Shown one piece after another: positions 27,197-40,520 of a stretch of 64,000 nucleotides of DNA; positions within the stretch are counted from its first letter, which is position 1; each line of letters starts with the position of its first letter. The translations under genes were made by a program, and so were the position numbers. Below the pieces are notes generated by a model that made no database searches, was not told where the DNA came from, and worked only from the letters and a program-made list of their open reading frames with translations. Source of the stretch: Mytilus edulis (lineage: Eukaryota); contig NC_092356.1 in NCBI RefSeq assembly GCF_963676685.1, forward strand, positions 67,456,001 to 67,520,000. The letters are read 5' to 3'.

Positions 27197-29020
27197 CGTA
27201 TTAAAGAAACAATCCACAATGCCTTTCAACATAAAAATGGTAGCATGCCCTATAAATTCATTACTTTGGGATTTCATAAGGCATATTTCGTTAATAGTGA
27301 CAAACAAAAAGGTAAAACATGCTGCACAGAAGAACAAGTGGTCAGTATGCTGGGGTTTCTTATCGACAACATATTTGTTGAGTTTGGAGGTAGACGTTTC
27401 TAACAAATTGTCGGCATTCCTATGGGAACAAACTGCGCGCCTCTTCCTGTCGACCTCTTCTTTTTTTCATATGAATCGGAGATCCTCCAGACACTTGTCA
27501 AAAACAAGAGGATCAAAGAAGCCAGATTATTTAATTTCATTTCAGATATATTGATGATGTTCTTTCTATAAACAATCCGAACTTTTCTGATTGGGCTCCA
27601 TTAATATATCCCCCAGAACTAGAGATTAAAGAAACAACAGACACGGCTGCCTCCGACTCATTTATAGACTTACATCTCGAATTTGACTTACACAGTCATC
27701 TCAGTACCAGAATCTATGACAAACGAGACGATTTTAATTTTGAAATTATAAATTTCCCCAACTTTAGTAGCAATATACCAACTTCACCTGTATATAGGAT
27801 ATATATTTCCCAACTTATTCGATATTCAAGAGCTTGCTGCTTCTACTCAGACTTTGTAAAAGTCATCAGTGTCTGAGTAGAGAGTTGATGAACCAGGGTA
27901 TGTCAAAGAACGTCTCGTCCTTTTTCTAAAAAAGTTCATCGGAAGGTAACAAGACTATGTTGATAAATATTCTGTATCAACTTCACAAATAATACACGAT
28001 GGTCTTGGTGTATAGATTCTGCGTACTGATGTTGTCTATCATCTTAACTACGTGTTTCATAGTTCTTTCATTTGTCCTTGTTCTATTATCAATATTACTT
28101 TTACTGTTGAATGTCCGTTTTGTCGTGGCTCGGTACTTATACATCTCGTCAATGTGTTTGTATTGTCTTTCATTTTTTGGTGGTGTGTTTTGTATATGAC
28201 TGGGGTTGTTTATCATTTTAATAACGTGTTATATTATTCTTTTATTTGTCTTCATTATTATTACTTTTACTGTTAAGTCTGTTTTTTGAGATATCCTTTT
28301 GACGTAACTCTGTGTTTATGTATCCCATCATACTTTGAACGACAAAATTATTTTATGATAACACTCTGTACCTATGTAAATTGTCATACTTTGAATGACA
28401 AAATTATTTTATTTATTAATATTACTTTTACTGTTATGTCTGTTTTTTGGGATATACATTTGACGTGACTCTGTACTTGTGTATCTCGTCATACTTTGAC
28501 CCACACTATTATTTCATTTATTATTATTACTTTTACTTTTGAGTCTGTTTTTGTTGTGTCTGTATTTGTGTGTCCCGTCATAATTTGAACGACAAAAGTA
28601 TTTCATGTCTACCTGTGTGAATTTCAAACGCGCAATTTTACACCAGTACACATGTATGCCTTTTTGTGCTTCTTCGTTACATTTGTTGTTTTTATAGTGA
28701 TTAAGATGATAACACAATGTTAACTGCTGTAGCCCTATTTTGGACATTTTTACCTATTGTGTCTGTTTGTTTTGTTCACGCATCGGTGACAATATAATGG
28801 AATTTGATGCGACTGTCATACAAGTGAGAGGTTTAGCTAGCTACAAAACCAGGTTCAATCCAACATTTTCTACATTTGAAAATGCATGTACCAAGTCAGG
28901 AATATGACAGTTCTTGTCCATTCGTTTTTGATGCGTTTTGTTATTTGATTTTGCCATGTGATTATGGACTTTCCAAATTGTTTTTCCTCTGAGTTCAGTA
29001 TTTTTGCGATTTTACTCTTC
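27197..29020 (+). mobile_element. Penelope-like element continued: RT core and C-terminus plus 3' non-coding region
   Basis: Resumes after the TSD with IKETIHNAF, FLIDNIFVEFGG, GIPMGTNCAP, RYIDD, YPPELEIK, YDKRDDFNF, SNIP, ISQLIRYSRAC. No C-terminal GIY-YIG is visible. Confidence 0.88.
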
Positions 29021-29039
29021 GATAGTAGTTAATGAACTT

Positions 29040-29700
29040 GGTAAAAGCACTGAAATATTAGTCGTATAACACCTATTAGAAGCCGAGATGAAACGATATT
29101 TTACTGGTTTTTTTTTGTGTAGTTTATGTCACTAATACATAGTAGGGTCCTTCAAATGTGCAGAATAAGCCGTAAGCTGTGATGTGGTTATGATATGTTT
29201 GTGTACTATATAACTCTCTGTAGAGCGCATGGACTTGAATGTAGATGAATTTAAAATTTCATTCTTAAGAACGTTCATGTAGTATTTACGGCATACCACA
29301 ACCATCGTGATGGCTGCTTTATCGGCCGGTTTACAGTTACACAGAAACCGCTTTGAAAGTTCTTGATGTTTATTTCTTAATCTGAAAATAGGTGTTTTAT
29401 GTACTTATTATTTACTTCTATTTTTCTTCAAAATATGATTCTATTACCCATAACACTCATACATTTATTTAAATAAGAATCAAGAGATTTTTAATCAGAT
29501 TTGTCCCGTTCACACCAACTTTTACAAAACGAGGAAAGAGCATCATGAGTGACCTGACGACACTGTTTCCAATCTATATTAGATGGATGACAATATGTTG
29601 GTCCTATTTTCAGAAAGTTTTTAACTTTTGTGTACAGGAAGATATTGGGGTCCCCCGTAATAACATGGCCATAGGAAACTTACATGTATCTAAGCTTCGA
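29040..29700 (-). mobile_element. Older, divergent Penelope-like fragment not shown in the ORF track
   Basis: Minus-strand hand translation gives GHVITGDPNI, KPADKAAITMVVVCRKYYMNVLKNE, HKLHKK and KYRFISAS, collinear with the motifs of the plus-strand element. It may extend further. Confidence 0.7.
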
Positions 29701-31253
29701 CGATTCACAGTTTCAAGTTAGAATAGTATTATTTTCTACATTGACGTCTGATTTTTCGACATATAATTGAAAATTAAAATTCAGCTGTATTTTGTGTATA
29801 GGTATGAAATAATAGGTGGTTCTGTGTTATCAAAATAGGGAGGTATACAGTCTTGTACGGTAGAGTCTTTAAATATACTAGATAATCTGCTTACATATTT
29901 AATTTTCAAAAAATGACGTTTATGATCTCCAGGTTTGTCGATACGCAATTACAGCCTATGGAGGCAGAAAGCTATAATTATACGCCAATATTCATACAGT
30001 GGCCTGACGAAAGAGATGGTGTCACACTCCTTGAAAATATCATGTAATTGATTACTAATTGGTATTTGACCCCGTTTACATAATAACTGATGCCCACATT
30101 GTTTTTAAGTATACATTTGTAGATACGAGATTACCAAGTGTATAATTTATAAACGATGTTTTATTCGTTCATTTCAATTGGTACGTTTGCCATATGAGAC
30201 CTATTATTTCGTTATCTTTTATCCATAATATTCATGATATCAATAGCAGAAATTGTAGATATGTTCCCTTATCCAAGAATATTGTCATTTAGACCAAGGG
30301 GTTTGAAGTCGTTTAATCCAAGACAGTTAGATAATTTTACGGGAATCTTCAAATTATTAATGTTATTGCTCTTGTTGTTTCTGGATCGTTTAGAGCTTTT
30401 GAATTCTAATAAATTTAATATTGTGGTAGTGTTGATTAAAATGTTGATAAATTATACTTTTGACTTTCTAAGGTTTTCGGAAGCGGTATAGATGTTCCTG
30501 ATTCCCGTCCTGTTTTTTTCTACATATTGTATACCACACTTTGGCTTTGGTCATGCAACCAGATAAATTAGGCTTTGGGGTTTTCATGTAATGTTACAGG
30601 AACAGAAAAGCAAAAAAGCTATCCCGTTCACTGTTGACCTAACAGTATTATCAGAAGATAATCTAGATCAGGTTTTTCCTTTTCTGGCATTGCAAGGAAT
30701 TAATTATTTGTGGATCTTTATTGATAGTCTGACAGAAGCAGCATTGCCACTGTATGGCGTATTAAATTATAATCCTGGTTCCTTTGATAACTATTTGAAA
30801 CAATTATTACGAATAAACACAATTCTTTGAAGATGGATGTGCTGAATACTAATTATAAGAATTTTATTTGCAGAATAATTCGTGCAATATATCAATATAA
30901 GTTTTGCAACCAATCGCTCAACAATATTAAATCGTGCGGTGACCTGTTGCTGTTAATTTCTGTATCATTTGGTGTCTTTTTTGAAATAGTTGTTTCAGAG
31001 GTAATCATACCACATCTTGTTTTTATATTCATTACTGGTTCAACGAAATATGTTTCCCTGTATAAGAATTGTGAATTAAATGATTGAGTCTTATAGACTA
31101 ATTAGAATCAAAACAAACTGCATGTTATGTTTATACGAATGGCAGTGAATGCTATATGTGCACATTTAAGAACTCAAGATGGCATAAAGGTAGATGATAT
31201 ATGTCTGTGATAGGAAAACACAACCAACATGACAGATATTTTTTCAACGAAGT

Positions 31254-32143
31254 TCAACGTCTATTAAATTTGACGACAATGTAGCTATGACTGTCAAAGA
31301 ATACAAATAGGGCTGTAACAAGACAAATGAAGACGACTCCTACACATCCTATGGATTTAGCCGATACACGATCATCTGAAGCTGATGTCTTCGAACGACG
31401 CATCCGGGTGGTATTTGATTTGTTGATACTCAGTATTGTTCTCATTAAGTATAATTCTGGTTCCATTACATCTGCTAATTGATCAAGAGTGAGATTCATT
31501 CCACGTAAGAAATCCCATTTATCCTCTCCAACCTTAGAACAGGGACATAGGCATCCAGTCATCATGACTGAAGTTGTCATCTCCGATTGAGCATGGATTG
31601 TTTGTTCTGTAGTTTTCACTGTATGTTTTCTTGGTGTTGTCATCTTTATAGTTTTCACTGTAGACTGCCCATGTGTTGTCATGTCGGTAGTTTTCACTGT
31701 AGATTGTCCAGGTGTTGTCATGTCGGTAGTTTTCACTGCATATTTTCTTGGTGTTGTCGTCTCTATAGTTTTCACTGTAGATTCTCTCGGTGTTGTCGTC
31801 TCTATAGTTTTCACTGTAGATTCTCTCGGTGTTGTCGTCTCTATAATTGTTAATGTAGACCGTCCAGGTGTTGTAATGTCGGTAGTTTTCAATGTAGATT
31901 GTCTAGGTGTTGTCATGTTGTTAGTTTGATCTGTAGATTGTTCAGGTGTTGTCATGTCGGTAGTTTTCACTGAAGATTGTCCAGGTGTTGACATCTCTAT
32001 AGTTTTCACTGTAGATTGTCCAGGTGTTATCATGTCGATAGTTTTCACTGTAGATTGTCCAGGTGTTGTCATGTCGATAGTTTTCACTGTAGATTGTCCA
32101 GATGTTGTCTTTTTGGTGGTTGGCACTGCTGGTGTAATTATGA
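31254..32143 (-). CDS. Gene 2 last exon: Thr-rich 13-aa repeat stalk (about 13 units), CxCxC module, TM, short tail
   Basis: Acceptor ttttatttaacag, phase 1, in frame with ORF 31254-32165. Confidence 0.9.
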
Positions 32144-32334
32144 CTGTTAAATAAAAACATTCCAATATTACAAAAATAGAAATTCATCTTGATAATTTTT
32201 TAAATAATTTTTTTGGGTTAATTTCCTGTTGCTGGCTCTAATTAATGTCAATTTATCACTTAATTTATGATAATAAACAAGTTGGACACTATGCACACAA
32301 CATTTAAAAATGTACACAACACAACAATTACAGT

Positions 32335-32650
32335 AAAGTCGGACTCATATCTTGACTTACATCTAGAAATTGACAATGAGGGTTGATTGAAAACAAAAAC
32401 TTTACGACAAAAGAGATGATTTCAGCTTTCCAACTGTGAACTTTCCATTTCTAAGTAGCAACATTCCAGCAGCGCCTGCATACGTTGTATATATCTCCCA
32501 ATTGATATGATTTTCCTGTGCATGCATTTCCTATTATGATTTTCTTGATAGAGAGTTGTTGCTCACAAGGAAGCTATTAAATCAAGAGTTCCACATGGTG
32601 AAGTTGAAATCATCTCTTCTTAAATTTTACGGATGCCACCACTAGTTGAT
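32335..32650 (+). mobile_element. Penelope-like RT C-terminal fragment in a gene 2 intron
   Basis: YLDLHLEID, LYDKRDDFSF, NFPFLSSNIPAAPAY, YISQL. Confidence 0.75.
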
Positions 32651-33478
32651 AAATCATATCGGATATGTTCCTGACGTCGTAATTACAATCCCCTAAGCAA
32701 CACGACGGGTGCCACATGTAGAGCAGGATCTGCTTACCCTTCCAGGGCACCTGAGACCACCTCTGGTTTTTGGTGGGGTTCGTGTTGTTTATTCTTTAGT
32801 TTTCTATGTTGTGTCATATGTACTATTGTTTGTCCTTTTCATTTTAAGCCTTGGCGTTGTCAGTTTATTTTCGATTTATGAGTTTGACTGTCCCTCTGGT
32901 ATTTTCGTCCCTCTTTTTCAAAGAATTCAAATAAATCTTTATGAATTATATTTCAGTATCTACAAGTAATGGCTCTTTGGTGATGCTCGAACATATTTGA
33001 AAAACCATTTGAGACTTGAATGAGAAATATTCGTTATTTGAAATGACATAAAATTTTCAATCTAGCGATCTTCGTGTGTTCACGCCAATATCGAATAACT
33101 GACTACTGAGCTTGCAATTCATCGTAAATATTAAGTGGACGAAGTCCCCTATAGCAGTAGGAAAAGCGATAAAAAAAATTTAAAAAAATCTAAAAAAAAA
33201 AAAATCAATGTACTCGTTAACCTTGTTTTAATAACTTTTTTATTTTCCCACATTTGCACAGAAATCCTTCTTTCTTTCGGTATCGTTTGCTATGAGACTT
33301 TGAGTATCACTAACAACAGGTCCAACATCGGAAACGTTAGGTATTTCCTGTATGACTGTAAATGAATAATCTTGAATAAGAGAAGGACAATAAGTCATAG
33401 ATACCCTTCATCTATTTAGGTTTAAGATTAGGGTAAGGGTAAGGGTTAGGAACTAGAATCATATGAAAAATTTCTTAC

Positions 33479-33620
33479 ATTCATAAACAGAATTCCGCCA
33501 GGGTCCTCCACATATTTGCGACGAATTCCCTCCACATGCATGATTACATTCAGTATCAGTTACCTTTGTGTACATATCTGAACCGCCCATTGAATCACCA
33601 CAAAAACACTCATAGATATT
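33479..33620 (-). CDS. Gene 2 exon 3: WSC domain C-terminal half
   Basis: tgttttacag|NIYECFCGDSMGGSDMYTKVTDTECNHACGGNSSQICGGPWRNSVYE|gtaaga, 142 nt, phase 0 to 1. Confidence 0.93.
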
Positions 33621-33749
33621 CTGTAAAACAAATAATAATTTGAAAAATTACAAAATAGGATATAAATGTTAATAAAATAATATACAAACCACAGACACAG
33701 GGTCGTGGATGTGAGTTATCATAAGCTAAAAACAATACACTGAACGAAT

Positions 33750-35104
33750 ATCAAATATGGTACACAGTATCTGACACCAACCACTGAAACTCAAATATGA
33801 TACACAGTAAATGACACCAACCACTGAAAATCAAATATAGTACACAGTATCTGACAACACCCACTGAAAATCAAATATGGTACACAGTACGTATCTGACA
33901 ACAACCACTGAAAATCAAATATGGTACACAGTACGTATCTGACACCAACCACTGAAAATCAAATATGATACACAGTACGTATCTGACACCAACCACTGAA
34001 AATCAAATATGATACACAGTAACTGACACCAATCACTGAAAATACAATATGGTACACAGTAACTGACGCCAACTACTGAAAATCCAATATGGTACACAGT
34101 AACTGACAACAACCACTGAAAATTCAATATGGTACACAGTAACTGATACCAACCACTGAAAATCAAATATGGTGCACAGTAACTGACACCAACCACTGAA
34201 AATCAAATATGGTACATAGTAACTGATACCAACCAAAGAAAATCAAATATGGTACATAATAACTGATACCAACCAAAGAAAATCAAATATTGTACACAGT
34301 AACTGACACCAACTACTGAAAATCAAATATGGTACACAGTAACTGACACCAACTACTGAAAATCAAATATGGTACAAAGTAACTGACACCAACCACTGAA
34401 AATATCTTATTGTACACAGTAACTGACACCAATCACTGAAAATCAAATATGGTACATAGTAACTGACACCAACTACTGAAAATCAAATATTATACACAGT
34501 AAATGACACCAACCACTGAAAATCAAATATGGTAGATAGTAACTGATAACAACCACAGAAAATCAAATATTGTACACAGTTACTGACACCAACAACTGAA
34601 AATTAAATATGGTACACAGTTACTGACAACACCCACTGAAAATCAAATATGGTACACAGTAACTGAAACCAACTACTGAAAATCAAATATTATACACAGT
34701 AAATGACACCAACCACTGAAAATCAAATATGGTACATAGTAACTGATACCAACCACTGAAAATCAAATATTTTACACAGTAACTGACACCAACTACTGAA
34801 AATCAAATATGGTACACAGTAAAAAGTAAAAACACAAAAATACTGAACTCCGAGGAACTGAAAATCAAATATGGTACACAGTAACTGACACCAACCACTG
34901 AAAATCAAATATTTTACACAGTAACTGACACCAACTACTGAAAATCAAATATGGTACACCGTAAATGACATCAACTACTGAAAATCAAATATTGTACTCA
35001 GTAAATGACACCAACCGCTGAAAAAAAAATATGGTACACAGTGAATGACACCAACCACTGAAAATCAAATATGGTACACAGTAACTGACACCAACCCCTG
35101 AAAA
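33750..35104. repeat. 40-bp minisatellite (AATCAAATATGGTACACAGTAACTGACACCAACCACTGAA)n, about 33 copies, intronic
   Basis: Directly visible. One foreign insert of about 40 bp near 34820-34858. Confidence 0.97.
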
Positions 35105-38100
35105 TTAGTAGCTTGACTTTAGACAGATCCACAAAGAATGTGGTAAAGTTAAACATATAAGTGACATTACAGTTGATTAACAGCAACAGCAAGCAACAAA
35201 CTGATCTTTTTTAAAATTTCTGCTTTTCATTCAAAGGCAATCAAACATGTAAATTGAGGTTTCATTAGGCATTAACAACCACAATCGCCAGTACCAGACA
35301 TACAGATATCGTGTAATCAAACTTTGCTGTTACAGCATTTTGAAAGAAACTTTAAATGTATCTCCCTCGTACAAAGACCCACTTTAGCTATATTTTCTGT
35401 CCTTTTTGTTTTAAAGCTCTATAGGTGATATACCACCACCAATTTTTTTTTCATATAAGTGTTTGTTTAATTTGCACTTTTCAAAAAAAAAATAAAAAAA
35501 ATATCCGAATTATTCTTTGTTTCAAATAACGAAATACTTGACATGGATAAAATTTATCCTGTCCCGTACTATAGAAAAAAATCCACGTAACATTTCATTG
35601 CATTTAAGAAAATAACCATCATTGGAAGATAACGAATCAAATGTTCCCCTCTTTTAACCTGTGTGCGAGCTTAAGTAACCTCAAGTTTCCCAAATATTCT
35701 CTGGCAACCTAATATAAAAAATAGTGGTGCTGTAAAATACTCAAGACATTTGTTTTTGACCCAGAAATGTTTAACTGCAATGACATGTAGGATTAATAAC
35801 CTACAACTGTCAAATTCAAGGGAATATCTTTGGTCGACCTATTTTTGTATGCAACCGGATGCGATGTACTATATTTGATGGTATTACACCTAAAGAAGAC
35901 TTTTTTGTTGTATAAACTGAATGTGACTTTTTTCCAATGTAAAACTGTTTTTTCTTAAGCATAACTGTCAAATTTGTCATAATCAGTTCAAAAGTTTGGG
36001 AAAAATCTAGTATAATGAAAGAAGACATGTACAGCGATTTGATGTGACGTACATTGATTTGTTGGTATAGTTTTTTTTAAAGTTTGGATTTACAAATTGT
36101 ATGGCCTCGTTTATCACTGAACAGACATTTATTGTCAAAATGCGTATCTGGTGCAGAAAGGTTGATACCGTTAATGTAATTACTATTACTAGGTCGATGC
36201 CTCTGCTGGTGATATATTAATCCCTGAGAGTATTAGTAGCACAGAAATTTGAAACTGCCATTGAAAAATTTATATGTATTACAAAAGTCTTTTTGGCGTA
36301 TAGGCTAAACATTTTTGGAATTTTAAATATTTTGACCTCATTGAACATGTTGCAGAGATATGTATTTTCGAAATGTGCATCTGTTGCACACACATTGTCA
36401 ATGTCATTTTATTTGTATGTTTGTTTGATGTATAAAGTCGGTTTTGTTGTATGTCTAGTTTTAGGTGCTGGATCCAAACTATTTTCACAATTACCGATAA
36501 TGTCTGTTTGTGTTGCTCATCCCATATTGTCAATTTAAAGAAACTATAAACAAAAGCATCAGTAGTATACAACTGTTCGAAAGTCATAAATCGATTGAGT
36601 TAAAATAAATCCGGGTTACAAACTAAAACTGAGTAAAACCAATCAACTATAAGAGGAAAACATCGAAACAATAGAAACACTGAAGTGCAAAAAAACCCCC
36701 AAAAAACCCGACAATTCAACACTCATAGAAATGAACTATAAAGTAACAACTGCCCTTTACTTAACTTGGTACAGGACATTGAAAGAAAAATTGTGTATTA
36801 AAGCTGGTTTTGTGGCTAGCAAAACCTCGCTTTTTTTTTGGCTAAGTTAAATATAAGACTACAGGACAGGACAGGACTCAATAAAGATAAATGCAAGAAC
36901 AATTCAGGACAGAGAAATAAACAATACAATAGTAGATTTAGACATTCTTATAGTAATCAATGTACCACGCTTATAATTGAGTATGCCCATATGGCGTTTC
37001 GTCTACATAGGAATCACTAGTGACGCATATATCAAACTAGTAAGAAAGCCAAACAAGTACAAAGTTGAAGAGCATTGATGATCCAAAATTGCAAAAAAAA
37101 TGTGACAAATACGGCTAAGGTTATCTATGTCTCGGATAAGAAAATGCTAAGTATTGAGAAACAACTGTCATACAAGTGCGAGGTTTATTTTGTTGTCAAT
37201 CCAGGATCAATCCACCATTTTCTGAGGAAACTGCCTATACAAAGTGAGGAATATTGACAGTTATTTTCCATGTGTATGATGTGTATTAAAATCATCCATT
37301 AAATCATACGAAATAGACCATGCATAAACTCAGATAGTTTAATTGCGTTTATTTTCTAGGTTAGTAAATAATACCTGTAATTAAATAGGCTACTTATCTA
37401 GAAATTTTGAAGCCACCCTCTTGAGTAGCTTAAATTTTGCTATGTATTCTTATTGACGGATTTAGATGTCAAACACACTCGCTTGCAAACTCCATATGCA
37501 AAGCGTGAGGTGAAGAAAAAAATGTCCAGTTGTTTACAGACACCAACATTTAAATAAGAGCAGAAGGAATTCTTTGAACATATATTTTACACAATATTAA
37601 ATCATAAAAACTATCTTTTTAAATTAACCCTGTTCGGTAGTGTAAATTTTCCTATGTTTAATCCTTATTGACAGAATTAAATAGCGATTGCAAAGCGTGA
37701 AGTCAAAAAGTCAACAAAAATCGAAAAAAAATTGTTTACAGACACCAACATTCAAATAAGAGCAGCATGAATATTTTGTACACACCTTTCAATGCTCTTC
37801 AGCTTTGTACTTGTTTGGCTTTATAACTATTTTGATGTCAGCGTCACGGGTGAGTCTTATGTAGACGATACGCGCGTCTGGCGTAGCAAGTTATATTCAA
37901 GTTACCTTTGATAATCTTTAACATGTTTTACACAATATTTCTACATCAACTTTAACCATTCGTAAATGATTGACGAAATTAAAGGTGCAAGCAGACGAAC
38001 AATAAGCATTTTGCATCTTACTTTTACCTTAAAGGAAAATATAAGAAAATAAGTAGCATATATAAACTATTGATTAAAGCTAATGCTCGAAGCGCAGATA

Positions 38101-38221
38101 CACATTTTAAAATATTTAAGAATCCTTACTTAAAAATTGGGCATACAAAGATAAAAAGAGCTCCATGCCCTAAACCCCTGTGACACCAGTGATTCATAAA
38201 GTGCCCTTGCTTACGACTTAC

Positions 38222-38349
38222 TTGTAATCCTAGGTAGCGTCGATTATAACATATTGTTTTGCACATTTCAAGTGTCATTAGACTATTAGCATGCCTTTCA
38301 TCTAACATTCTCTGCCAGTCATCTTTGTAGCAACCAAGGTATTTAACGT
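38222..38349 (-). CDS. Gene 2 exon 2: WSC domain N-terminal half
   Basis: ttttttttgcag|(D)VKYLGCYKDDWQRMLDERHANSLMTLEMCKTICYNRRYLGLQ|gtaagt, with WSC motifs YLGCY.D, MT.E.C...C and Y.GLQ. Confidence 0.93.
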
Positions 38350-39467
38350 CTGCAAAAAAAAGTTTAACATTTCTATGAGGATGACTAGTAATTTCCAAAT
38401 ACAGTTTACCTTGTGGAAGTCCTGAAGAGTATGGTTTACCGTTAAACGCAATTGTTGTTATCAAATAACATATTTATTGAAAACCGAATGTAAGCAACTT
38501 AACTGTTATTTGAATGATGTAAGCTTTTTGAACGTCGTCTAGGGACCCATGTACAAATTAAAACATTACAGCACTCATATAATTAATGATTTGAAGTGAC
38601 AATCTAATAGACTCATTATGATAATGAACATGAACCATCGACAGCCACTGAACTACAGGCTCATGAGTTGGGAGTGGCAAATAAAAAAATGTGGCGGGGT
38701 TGGAGATGTTTTTGAGTGCCCGACTACCCACTTACCTGGAGTGGTTGGATAAAACTTGGTCAAATATTGTTCAGGCTAGGTCGAGTATGGTTCAGATTAG
38801 GTCGAGTCTGGTTCAGACACATATAAAATAGTTAATACTGGTCGAGTAAAGGTCGAGTACAGATTCAGACTATTAAGTTTGGTTCAGACTACAGTCGAGT
38901 AGTATTTGCGAGTATGGTCTTGAGGAAACGATGATAGTCCGTCGGAAGGGGACGATAAAAGGCTGACCCGTGTTAAGAGAGAGCGATATCTCTTGCAAGT
39001 TAAAGACACCCTTGTAGATTTCGAAAAAGAGCAGGCTAATGCCACTACAAGGCAGCACTCGCACCCGCAAAGTGGAAAGGGATTAATATAAGTTGCAAAA
39101 CTTGTTTCCCAATCCATTATAATTAAATATGTTTAAACTAAGTAATTTTAGACCAATTCAGAGTAAACATCAGTATAGTCGACTACAGATATATCTGGTT
39201 TTTAGTGATAGTAAAAGTTTAAACCAGAAGAACGTTGGAGCCTTAATTCTGAATTTGTGATATCTTTACAAATGGCTTTGATCAGTGTGAAAACATCCCA
39301 ACGGTAAATTGTGACCTACAATTACTATATAGTATCATTAATGTTTACATCAAACCAAAACTTAAATAAAATCTATATATGAGTATTAACCGTTTACTTT
39401 TAATCTTTAACCTCCCACTGTAATACATATAGTACAAAAAGCCCTGCGTGTTTACAATCTGACTTAC

Positions 39468-39555
39468 CAATTGTTTTAACTATCTGTGGCATAAAAAGTA
39501 TCCAAATTAGACAGTGAAATGAAGTTATTAAATTGATGAACTTAATAATAAGCAT
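39468..39555 (-). CDS. Gene 2 exon 1: signal peptide
   Basis: MLIIKFINLITSFHCLIWILFMPQIVKTI+G|gtaagt, 88 nt, phase 1, homologous to 41835-41922. Confidence 0.85.
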
Positions 39556-40029
39556 AATGCCGAACTTTGTCTCAACAATCTATATGTTAGCCAGCCTTAA
39601 GCACTGACATAATATATATGACAAGTCTATTTAAATGATGTGTTATTAAGGTAAAATTGTTGTTAACAAATTTAATGAAAACTGAATGTTAGCAATTTAA
39701 CTGTAGTTTGAATGATGTAAGCTTTTTGAACTTCGTCTAGGGACCCGTGTACAAATTAAAACATCACAGCACTTATATAAATAATGATTTGAAGTGACAA
39801 TCTAATATACTCATTATGGTGAAACCATGCAGCATCAATACTTTTTATAATATATATATACTTAGATACGTGTCTGGCGAAACAGAATATTTGATAAGTT
39901 GTACTTAGACTACAACCAATAATCTAAATGTCGACGTTAAAGTGAGCAATATAATCCAGTTCAGTGATCAGAATATTACTGCGTAGTTTAAAAGCATGTT
40001 ACAAATATCTGTGAATGGCTGTTCCAATT

Positions 40030-40520
40030 TGAATATACAATTATCCCGTACTTACATCAAACTTCAAAATGAACATTTTGTAAACATGCCTTTTTAGATC
40101 TCTCAAGGCCATTCACACTAAATCATCCCTTCCATTTTAGTAAACCACAAGTCGTATCAATCCTTAACTTCGTTTATAATAAATATTCTCCTTTAATGAT
40201 AAACATATAACACCGAGAAAAAAAATTCAAAACATTTTTGCAGAGATCTAAGGTAAAAAAAACGACTGATAGATTGCGCATGTTTGTAAAATGATAAATT
40301 ACAGCCACATGTCTTCGTTGTCTTATGGTCTTAAGACCAATACAGTACTGTGATATGAATTACACTAAATCTTAACCTTTACTCATCGTGAAATTTTTTC
40401 TGACTCTGATTTGCATGGCAGTTGATTGATGCATGCACAATATGACCAACTTATCATAGCGTAGACCTCAATTATTTTGAAATTTAATGCAAGTACGGTT
40501 TATAAGTATATTTAAAATGA
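40030..40520. promoter_or_regulatory. Unique spacer at the centre of the inverted duplication, shared upstream region of divergent genes 2 and 3
   Basis: Flanked by mirrored blocks 39930-40025 and 40521-40620. A regulatory role is inferred from position only. Confidence 0.35.

Noticed and set aside
33428-33450. Telomere-like TTAGGGTAAGGGTAAGGGTTAGG
   Set aside because: Only about 4 imperfect units in an intron, too short to interpret.
33750-35104. CRISPR-like appearance of the 40-bp and 16-bp arrays, and their ORFs
   Set aside because: Head-to-tail units with no unique spacers, no cas genes and a eukaryotic intronic setting.
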